Shown: positions 54,169-63,900, numbered from the stretch's first letter. The stretch: DNA of 64,000 bases from Octopus sinensis (GCF_006345805.1 NW_021832389.1:21288-85287); one strand, 5' to 3'. Numbers and translations: made by a program. The notes: generated from the sequence alone by a model not told the origin.

Positions 54169-55249
54169 TCCCTCCTTGTAATATTAACGGTGACATTGTC
54201 CAAAATGTCACAAGTTATTTTGGATAATATTCCAGAATAAACAGAAGAACGAAAATATATTTATACCACAACTACAGCTGTGATCATAGGTCACTATAAT
54301 TAGGCCTACTCTAGTGCTAAACAACTACATATTGTATAAATTAAATAGCGCTTTCCTATATTTTCACTTAGCCACGAAGCACAAAGTCTCTGTACAGCGG
54401 GTGCAAGCGAGCGTGACCTCCTTCCTTTGCATTTTCTCTTACCCATCCATAATCTCTGCCAAACCCATTACCTTGTCTTAATTTCATTTCAATATTTCTA
54501 TTAAGAATTAATGCAGTTTTCTGTTTGTGAATGTTCTTAACGTTCTTATTGCTTTTTCTCCATTTAATTGTCAGCGTCATCGAAGTTGCTGCTGCTGCTG
54601 CTGCTGTTGTTGTTGTTGTTGTGTTGTTGTTGTTGTTGTTCTTCTTCTTCTTCTTCTTCTTCTTCTTCTTCTTCTTCTTCTTCTTCTTCTTCTTGTTATT
54701 TAGCTGTAGGTAATACATGGTCCCGTTATGACCGTAGAACGAAAAAGGTTTAAGAGATTTAAAAAAAAAAAAAACGCCATCCCATTTTTATATAAATCCA
54801 AAGAAGAATTTTTAGCAATGTACTACAATATCCAATGCCACATTCGTTTTAGAAAGACCGCAAGGCACGATATACTTGCTATTTCTAGCAAAACTTACAA
54901 TAACCAAAATTGATCTCGCTATATTTTTCCCCGAATATTAAATCCTCTCCTTGTTACTGTCTCTCAACGTAGATATAGAAATACATAAACACACGCATAC
55001 ATACATACATACATACATACATACATACATACATACATAATACATACATATATATATACATACATACATACATACACACATACATACATACATACATGCA
55101 GGCACATACATACACGCAGACACATACATACATGTATATACATACATACATGCATGCATGCATACATACATACATACATGCAGGCACATGCATACATACA
55201 TACATACATACATACATACATACATACATACATACATACATAAATACAT

Positions 55250-55549
55250 TGTAAATGCCAATCTCGAGATTTTTAGGTTTCTCAAAACCAGACAAAAGAA
55301 AGGTGATTCGAAGACTAGAGATCCAATCCATCGCTGGAACCGTAAAAATCTGTAAAACTTTCCTAAAGTTTATCATTTAAATATATGAGAGTCTATAGAT
55401 ATGCAACGAAACTAAATATACAAATTTGCATGTATACATGCAAAAATAGCCTGTTGTTGATGTTGAAATTCCAATGAAGGAGCCTTGGATCTAGGTTAGA
55501 AACCGGCTCTTTCTCTACAGGCAGGAAATCTTGAAATAAAATTGAATAA
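55250..55549 (+). mobile_element. Probable RLE-type (R4-like) LINE 3' end between (CATA)n tracts
   Basis: Allowing one homopolymer indel: NANLEILGFSKPDKRKVIRRLEIQSIAGTVKICKTFLKFII* (stop 55378-55380), then a 3' UTR ending AATAAAATTGAATAA. Confidence 0.55.
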
Positions 55550-55692
55550 GGACATACATACCTCCATACGTACACATGAACACAGTCATAGATATACACA
55601 TACATACACACGAAGCCACATACATACCTACAAATAAATATACATACACACACACACACACACACATACATACATATATATATATATATATA

Positions 55693-55879
55693 CCGGAGTA
55701 AACACATAAATGTGAAACAAGGTGGAAAAAAAGAGTACTCAAATACCAGTGGTAGAGTAATATGCTTTATTTAAAGCACTAGAAAAAATTTTGCTAGCAA
55801 ATACTGTCCGATGAACGGCAACGTGAAACTCAGAGTAACAGGTTTTATAGAATTCTCTGCTGCTTTAAATAAAGTAGAC
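55693..55879. mobile_element. Small head-to-head fold-back element carrying a hammerhead motif (Penelope-like remnant)
   Basis: CTTTATTTAAAGCA (left) pairs with TGCTTTAAATAAAG (right). Hammerhead motif lies between; (TA)n on both flanks. Confidence 0.6.
55804..55841 (+). ncRNA. Minimal type-I hammerhead ribozyme motif (CCGAUGA core variant)
   Basis: CTGT-CCGATGA-ACG GCAA CGT-GAAAC-TCAGA-GTA-ACAG: stem I 4 bp, stem II 3 bp with a GNRA loop, quasi-palindromic stem III (ACTC-A-GAGT), GUA cleavage triplet. Confidence 0.65.
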
Positions 55880-55964
<85 letters not shown>

Positions 55965-55974
55965 GACTAAAAGA

Positions 55975-56044
55975 CTACATCAGTGGTGATATTGAGTTAG
56001 ACATGGCCTGGGCCTATACTGGCGAAACCTATCTAAGTTAGCAG

Positions 56045-56045
<1 letters not shown>
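55975..56045 (+). mobile_element. Very short 3' end of the same CR1-like LINE as 56092
   Basis: GTGGTG.TATT.AGTTAGACATGGCCTGG...CGAAAC.TATCTAAGTT shared with 56245-56318. Confidence 0.6.
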
Positions 56046-56082
<37 letters not shown>

Positions 56083-56091
56083 TATATATAT

Positions 56092-56318
56092 AAAGGAACT
56101 CATCAACTTAAACGGAGTCTGGATCGATTCCTTGAAGGAATACCAGATAAGCCACCCATAATTGGATACAATTCACCCACAAAAACTCACTACTGGAATG
56201 GACCACAAACAAACCTTACTTAAACAGGATTTAGATAATCATATCAGGTGGTGCTATTAAGTTAGACATGGCCTGGACCAATCTTTGGTCGAAACATATC
56301 TAAGTTTATCTAAGTTTA
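56092..56318 (+). mobile_element. CR1/L2-group LINE 3' end
   Basis: Translation LKRSLDRFLEGIPDKPPIIGYNS resembles ..FK..LDKFL..IPD.P...GY C-termini. 3' stem-loop GACCA-ATCTT-TGGTC and tandem tail (TATCTAAGTT)x2. Confidence 0.65.
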
Positions 56319-56388
56319 TATATTATTATTATTCAGTAGGTAATAATAAATCTCTGAACGAGATATAAACAGTAACCGCTCGACAACT

Positions 56389-56555
56389 TAAGGTGTACTA
56401 GCCATCAAGGGAGGATGACCTCCCTTTGCAAATAATACAAGGGCACTGAGATAGTGTCTAAAGTCCATCTGGTGACGTTGATCGCCTGGGGCTAAAAGCA
56501 TCAGTAACACCCCACCCCCAGTGGCTAGCCACATTCAGATGGCTAGTACACCTTA
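56389..56555. mobile_element. MITE-like element with perfect 18-bp terminal inverted repeats
   Basis: TAAGGTGTACTAGCCATC (56389-56406) and GATGGCTAGTACACCTTA (56538-56555). Confidence 0.65.
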
Positions 56556-56565
56556 CGTTATTATT

Positions 56566-56848
56566 CAGTAGTTTTATTTTTATAGCGTGCTTTCACTTCA
56601 CTACCGAGCGCAGCTCTCTGTGCCTTAGGTATGTGTTGTGATTTGTGCAGTGCCTAGTAGTGCAATTTTCTGTATGTTTTATGTGTTTGTAAGTCCTGGT
56701 GTTTTTGTTATGTATTTGTCTGAATATTTTTTATCATGCCTAATGCACCTACTATGATAGGAATTGTTTCTGCTTTTAGATTCCACATTCTGGTTATCTC
56801 TATTTCCAGGTTTTGTATTTTGAAAGTTTCTCCATTTCTTTTAGAGAC
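56566..56848 (-). mobile_element. Second copy of the TAA-associated R4/Dong LINE 3' end
   Basis: EMEKLSKYK(D)LEIEITRMWNLKAETIPIIVGALGMIKK..KTPGLTNT..IQKIALLGTA. 50-bp internal deletion relative to the 23358 copy, with TGT microhomology. (AAT)n at the 5' side and a short TTATTATT at the 3' side. Confidence 0.85.
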
Positions 56849-56909
<61 letters not shown>

Positions 56910-57411
56910 GAGTGAAAGAACAGTGCATGCCATCAAAGTGACACTGGGGTAAAATATACGAAGCCCAGCATACCCATCATGATTACCCGTCTGATAAGGG
57001 TACACCAAGCACATGCATCACAACCATATGTGCACGACATGGTGATCTCATAACAAGATAAACAGCACATGACCTTGCAGGTGGGGCCCAGTTAGAATTT
57101 TCTTCAGGTCGAGTAGCACATCCCGCTCAAAAGGTCTCTGAATAAGGGTTGTTTAAGGATGTTGAAAGAACCACCCATGTTTCCAGAGGTGAATTATTGA
57201 AACCCCAAAGAATCCCTCTCAACACATGGCTATGATGCTCCCCCACTACTTCTGCTCGTGATCAGAGATGCACATATCGTCAGCCACTAAGGGACATGCT
57301 CAACTGGTTAAGGTCAAACAACTGACAAGCAAATCTGTGATATTGAGCAGAATATTTGCTGTTGCCCATCTTTTATACCAAGACAAAACAATGTACATGA
57401 TAACACTTCCA

Positions 57412-57413
<2 letters not shown>
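56910..57413 (-). mobile_element. Family E, longest copy (504 bp), flanked by (AAT)n on both sides
   Basis: Homologous to the copies at 23620 and 49447. Confidence 0.85.
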
Positions 57414-57466
<53 letters not shown>

Positions 57467-57483
57467 CATTATTATTATTATTA

Positions 57484-57520
<37 letters not shown>

Positions 57521-58289
57521 CATTATTATTATTATTATTATTATTATCATTATTATTATTATTATCATTATTATTATCATTATTATCATTATATCATTAT
57601 ATTATTATTATTATTATTATTATTATCATTATTATACATTATTATTATTATCATTATTATTATTATTATTATTATCATTATTATTATCATTATTATTATC
57701 ATTATTATTATCATTATTATTCACTTTCATCGACTGGTTTCTCGTATTACTGTTGCTTGCTTTTGTATGTCTTCGCTTTTCGTAGGCGGTTTTGTTTCAT
57801 TCAACGCTTCCGTTTTGTTTTTGTTTTTTTCGTTTTAGGTTTATATATATTATTTCCTTGGTAGTTTTACGATCATTCTCTCGTTGTTGTAATCCAGCTA
57901 TTGTCGCTGTTGCTGAGGTTGTTGTTGTTGCGCATTGTTTTTGCTGTTGTTGTTCCTGTTGTTGTTGTTGCTGTTGTAGTCGTCGTTTTCTGAAGTGGTC
58001 GATGTGATGGGTTGACAACAAAGACGCTGGATATGAGGTAGTTTTGAAGTTTACCTATTATGTTTTTTCATCATTTTTTGTTTTATCAAACTGCATCGAA
58101 ATAAAGGTGATGGATATATGACCGCATGTAAATATATATGCTTGTGTGTACGTACGTACGTATGTATGTATGTATGTATGTATGTATGTATGTATGTATG
58201 TATGTATGTATGTATGTATGTATGTATGTATGCATATAGAAGGAGAGATATACACACTGATATATATATATATATATATATATGTATAA

Positions 58290-59021
58290 GTTATCCGTAA
58301 TAATGAAGGGTGAAATTAATTAATTTGGAATAATTATCAATTACACCAAGTAGTCTTCGGCATGTAAAACCTCATTCGAGGAAAATTTAAGTAATACTAA
58401 GCAATAAAGGGTTTAGCAACGAATTGCCTTACCACATACCGAATTTAGAAATAGCAGTCAAAGAGTTTAGCTATTTCTTCTACTAAAAGGAGATCTCAGT
58501 AAAAACAGCAATTGGAAGGCAGACACAAACAGGTAAGAGAGAATGAATTGACGGCAATCTATCATACAATTTAAGTTATCTACGGACGTACGTTTCGAAA
58601 TCAGTTTTTAGAAAGCATAAGAATTAAATATTAAATAATTCTATCTTACCAAAAACTTCTTTTCTCGCTCTGATACTGAGTTGAGTTGTGCCTTCTAGTA
58701 TCTCAAAATTCAATATATAATCATTTTGATTATAGTATTCTACGCTGAAGGAAAAGAAAGTTTTTGGTAAGATAGAATTATTTAATATTTATTCTTATGC
58801 TTTCCTAAAAACTTGATTTCGAAACGTACGTCCGTAGATAACTTAAAATTGTATGATAGATTGCCGTCAATTCATTCTCTCTTACCTGTTTGTGTCTGCC
58901 TTCCAATTGCTGTTTTTTACTGAGATCTCCTTTTTAGTAGAAGAAATAGCTATAACTCTTTGACTGCTATTTCTAAATTCGGTATGTGGTAAGTCAATCG
59001 TTGCTAAACCTTTATTGCTTA
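58290..59021. mobile_element. Head-to-head fold-back element (arms 58398-58666 / 58751-59021), probable Penelope-like pLTR inversion
   Basis: ~270-bp near-perfect inverted repeat (differences mostly homopolymer indels), ~85-bp spacer, left arm extended to ~58290, (TA)n flanks, contains a hammerhead motif. Confidence 0.8.
58739..58838 (+). ncRNA. Type-I hammerhead ribozyme motif with long stem II
   Basis: TCTACG-CTGAAG[A missing]-GAAA..AAGTTTTT...AAAAACTT..TTTC-GAAAC-GTAC-GTC-CGTAGA. Stem I is a perfect 6 bp, stem III loop is palindromic, predicted cut after 58832. Confidence 0.75.
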
Positions 59022-59519
59022 TATATATATATATATATAATATATACGTACGTATATATATACACGTATATATATATATATTTGTATGTGTGTGTGTGTG
59101 TGTGTGTGTGTAAATATAGGTATATGAACACATGCATATATACACATATAGGTATCTATGTGTGTGTGTATATATATAATATATGTCTGTTTAGTCATAT
59201 ATGTATATATTTACTTGTGGACATGTGTGTGTGTGTGTATGTTTGTGTAAGTGTGTGTGCGTGTCCAGAGTGAGACAGACATTAAGGAGATGTAATGTTC
59301 AGGGACAAATATAGCGAGAGAAAATTGGAGCTAGAGAGAGAGAGAGAGCGTCAGAGAGACAAAGAGTTAATGAGAGAAAGAGAGAGAGAGAGAGCGCGCG
59401 TCAGAGAGAAAAAGAGTTAAAGAGAGAGAAAGAGAGAGGAGAAAGAGACGCGCACACAATAATATGACATTGATTTTGAAATGCCGAACCAGTCAACCAA
59501 AAAGTACTTTTGTAACAGG

Positions 59520-60250
59520 TTTTGTAGAGAAAAAAACATTTCACAGTAGGGGGTCGTAGCTTTGTAAATTACAGCACGGGATGTTGAAGTCGAGTGGTGG
59601 AGTATTGTTTAATGGTGACTCGTGGAGTGGTGGCGTGGATGAGAAATGGAGTGGTTGAGGAATATGTTGGCAGAGAGGTGGATTGTGTTGTGTTGTGGAA
59701 TCTTTAAGTGATGTAGCGGCGATGCGGTGTAAATTTTTAGAGGCGTAGAGCTGGATTGGTGTCGGGTATGGTGTTTTGGCGGGTTGGATTGTGCTGATAT
59801 TGAGATGTAGTGACATAGTGTAGAAACAAGGTATTGCTTGAGTAGATTAATGGCGCAGTGGTGCTGAGCGGTGATGTTGCGCACTATTCGACAAGTAGAA
59901 TTGTGTAGGGATGCTTTGTGTTAAAGCGAGAGGTGTAACGCGGGAGACGTGTGTATTTCGGAGGGAAGTGTTATAGCGTAGAATGTTAAGGTGAACTAGA
60001 ATATTGGCGTCTTTTATAACGTAATGTATATAATGAAGTGGTGCGGGTGGTGTCGTGTGATATATTATGCTAAGATGGATTATGCTCCGGCGTTGTGTGA
60101 TATTATGATGTGGTGCAGATTCACTGTTGACATCTGTAGTAGAGAGAGTGTTACTAGTGTGGTATGGTACTGAGTGCGACGAGGTGATATATAGAGAGTT
60201 TCTTATGGTACATTTTGCTACTTTATATTGTGCTATGGAGCTCTAGACAA
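59520..60250. repeat. Highly decayed GT-rich ~5-bp-period repeat
   Basis: Recurrent GTGGT/GTGTT/GTAGT/TAGTG words and a strongly C-poor plus strand. Confidence 0.55.
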
Positions 60251-60442
60251 TATGATTTAGTACAATGTTCTGCGATCAAATATCTAATATTTTAACATAA
60301 TGCCATAAAGTGTTCTCAAATGAAACTTTGTGGTTAACCACAAGCATCCAGCTGCACTTGGGATATGCAATGCAATGTTCCAAACAGCCATAAGGGTGAA
60401 ACGTACGTAGGAAATGATAATCATTTTTGCTATAATGTTCAG

Positions 60443-60572
60443 CTCTTATTTATCGACCCTGAAAGGTTGAATAACAAGGACGCTCTCGGGAAATTCGAAC
60501 TAAAAATATAGATGGATTAAAAGCTGATAAGCATTTTGTCCGGTATCTTAACGCTTCTGCCAGTTTGCCGCT
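60443..60572 (-). mobile_element. SINE-A (degenerate)
   Basis: TTTATCGACCCTGAAAGG...AAGCATTTTGTCCGG...AACGCTTCTGCCAG. Confidence 0.65.
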
Positions 60573-60816
60573 TCATAAGACCTTCATCATGCGGGCAAAG
60601 AATAACAGCAATAGTAATACACACTATGAAATATCCGATTGAGTAAATAGTAAGCAACCATTTTGAACCATGAAGAATTTGTACCGGATTTTCGCAGAGT
60701 TTTGAATTTTTCTTAAACATTTTTTACAATTGTCTGATAATGCAGACATAGACTTGACCAAATGCATCAATAAATTAACATTGATATTTTTTCCACCATT
60801 GTTACAATTATCTGAA

Positions 60817-61790
60817 ACAGAACTATAAAAGCACGATATTCGAGCAATTTTGCTATTCAACTTCAAAAAAGGGCGTAAAAGAGCTGAAACTGCTTGCGAT
60901 ATCAAAGAAACATATGGTGAGGATGTGACCAGTGAGTGGTCAGCTCGAAAATCGTTTAAACGATTTCACAGTGGCGATCTGAGCCTTGGAGACTGTGAGC
61001 GTAGTGGACAACCATCTGTCATCGATGACGGTCAATTATGGACCGTCACTGAGAAAGATCCATCTAAAACCGCTCGATGCCTGGTAAAATAACTTCGAGT
61101 TAGCCAGAAAACTGCCTGCAACCATTTGCATGCGACCGGAACACCAAAAAATCTCGACAATTGGGTATCACACGATTTGAATGAAAATCAGAAAATGCGC
61201 AGATATGAACTTTGCTCGTCGTTTCTTCTCTGTAGCCGAACCAGTCCATTCGCCGAGAATATTGTAACTTGCAATGAAAAGTGGATTCTGTACAACGATT
61301 AAAAAAAACGTTTATCGCAGCGCGGTTGGACCAAAATGAAGCACGGAAAACCTTCCCTAAATCCGAACTCTTCAAAAAGAAGGTCATGGTGAGTGTTTGG
61401 TGAGTGTACTGTGGACTCATCCACTATAACATCTTAGAACCCGGGAAAAAAAACTATTACTGCAGAAACACATTGCTTTGAAATTACTAAAATGAACAAA
61501 AAGATGTTACTTCTCTGCCCCAGACTGGTCAACAGAAGTGGATTGATCATGTTTCATGACAATTTTCGACCACACGTTTCATTAATGAGGCTCCAGAAGT
61601 TGAGGAAACTTGGGTACGAATTTCTTCCCCACCCAACTTTCTCCTACCGACTGCCACTTTTTCAAGTACCTTGATGGTTTCCTGCGAAAGAATGCGTTCG
61701 AAACTCAAGCTGATGCTGAAAGTGCGGTCAAAGAGCTCACACGATCCAGAACTTTGGATAAGTTCTTCACCCCTCAAGCTGATGTTTGGT
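60817..61790 (+). pseudogene. Mariner transposase pseudogene (WVPHEL / Hsmar1-like type)
   Basis: KHDIRAILLFNFKKG..RSGQPSVIDD..NWVSHDLNENQKMRR..IVTCNEKWILY..FHDNFRPHVS..LPHP..SPTDCHFFKYLDGFL. Multiple stops and frameshifts; first catalytic D reads N. Confidence 0.88.
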
Positions 61791-61968
61791 GGTGACCTAT
61801 TAGATAGCATATGTTGTCGTTCAACCTCCTAGTAACGCTTATTCCACCACCATCCCTCACACAGTGGTCAACATCTTTTCTGGTAAGAACATACTCTTAT
61901 TATAGGATTTTTACTAATTCCGTAACTTGTTCCTCTTGAAATGCTTTTTACATGCATTTACGTATCTA

Positions 61969-62376
61969 GGATATTTTCGGTTTGAACGGCAATTTTTTCT
62001 TGCGGTGTTATATGAAATTGTCACCTATAATTATGACCCTAGTATCGATCTATTGCATTTCAATCTGGTTTAGTTTTAGGGTTAGTTAGGGTTAGGGTTA
62101 AGGGTGGGGGAAATGTAAATAAACCCAATCTGTTTCTTAAACGAGGGACATATTCATACGGAACAGAATGTTTTCACCTCAAAAGACGTCATTGATTGGT
62201 TGAAATTGCAGAAATTGAAGAAAAACAACAACACATATCTTACAAACCATAGAATTTTCTCAATAAAGCCAAGAGGAAAAGATGCTTTGTAAACACCTTC
62301 TATCAGTATACGAAGTTTAAAAGTGTTTAGTTACGTGGAAATTATTTAAAAATCTGCCGGTCAAACCGAAAAGATC
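61969..62376. mobile_element. Non-autonomous DNA transposon with ~29-bp TIRs and 9-bp TSD (MULE-like)
   Basis: GGATATTTTCGGTTTGAACGGCAATTTTT versus AAAAATCTGCCGGTCAAACCGAAAAGATC. TSD ACGTATCTA at 61960-61968 and 62377-62385. Internal TTAGGG repeats. Confidence 0.75.
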
Positions 62377-62401
62377 ACGTATCTATATTTTACTATGTGT
62401 T

Positions 62402-62690
62402 GAGGCACATGGCCTAGTGGTTAGAGCAGCAGTTTAGGGATCGCGGGTTCGAATCTCAGACCGGGCGATGTATGTGTTTATGAGCGAAACACCTAAGCTC
62501 CACGCAGCTTCGTCTGAAGGTAATGGCGAAACTTCTGCTGACTCTTTCGCCACAGCTTTCTCTCACTCTTTCCTCCTGCATCTTGCAGCTCACCTGCGAC
62601 GGACAGGCGTCCCGTCCAGGTGGGGAACCTATACGCTGAGAAAACCGGGAAACCGGCCTTTATGAGCCAGGCATGGCACGAGAAGGAGCA
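62402..62690 (+). mobile_element. SINE-C head with V-domain-like body and alternative tail
   Basis: TGGCCTAGTGG A box, GGTTCGAATC B box, CCTGCGACGGACAGGCGTCCCGTCCAGG, tail GGGAAACCGGCCTTTATGAGCCAGGCATG. Confidence 0.8.
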
Positions 62691-63149
62691 AACATATTTT
62701 ACCATGTATGTTTAGAAATAGTTAATTTCGTGTATAAATCTGGTCGTGTTGTTCTCCGTTGTTGTCTTCGACCCTTTTTTTCTTGCCCCTTCGAAAAAGT
62801 CTGTAAGTGCGCAACCTCACTTGCTAATATGGAAATAATCAATAGAAAAATTTTAATTCGCATTACGGAATTTCGCGTTACGGACCAAATTTTCAGGAGT
62901 GCATTTCTTCCGCAAGCGAGAGATTCCTGTAATTAAGATCTCATTCATAGATAGATGTCGCTGTGTGTTCCCTCTTTCTAGTAGTAATCAAGATGTTTTT
63001 TCTCCGTCCCTCTCCCTCTCACCTTCTCTCTATCAATACATCATTGTCTATGTCTGTCTTTCCATCAACCCACACGCCTCACCTTTCCGTCACGTGTTCG
63101 CTATACACACATACACACACACTCATGCACACATACACACATACACGAA

Positions 63150-63223
63150 CACACATTTATATGTATGAATATATACATATATATATATATACATGTATGT
63201 ATATAATATATATATTATATATG

Positions 63224-63255
<32 letters not shown>

Positions 63256-63900
63256 TGTATGTATATGTATATATATGTATGTATATGTATATATATGTAT
63301 GTATATGTATATATATATATGTATTGTATATATATATGTATATATATATATGTATATGTATGTATATATGTATATATATATATGTGTATATATATATATG
63401 TATATGTATATGTATATATATATATGTATATGTATATATATATGTATATGTATAATTATATATGTATATATATATGTATATGTATATGTATAGTATATGT
63501 ATATTATATGTAATATATATATATATGTATATATATATGTATATGTATATATATATGTATCTGTATATATATATATATGTATATGTATATGTATAGTATA
63601 TATATAATGTATATGTATATATATATATATAGGTAGATGTATTGATATATGTAATATATATATATATATATATGTATATGTATATATATATGTACATGTA
63701 TATATATATTTATATGTATATATATATATATATGATATATATATAATATATATAGATATATATACATACATTATCTGTATATATATATATATATATGTAT
63801 ATTATATGTTATATATATATATATATATATATTATACATACATTATATATTATATTATACATATATTAATATATATATATCATATATATATATATATATA
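63150..63900. repeat. (TA)n/(TATG)n microsatellite
   Basis: Direct reading. It accounts for the YIYI ORFs. Confidence 0.95.

Noticed and set aside
56255-56305. Hammerhead at GACCA-ATCTT-TGGTC-GAAAC
   Set aside because: No CUGANGA core upstream and a stem III mismatch; better explained as a CR1-like 3' stem-loop.
62076-62104. Telomere or interstitial telomeric fusion site
   Set aside because: Only ~4 imperfect units, internal to a TIR/TSD-bounded transposon.
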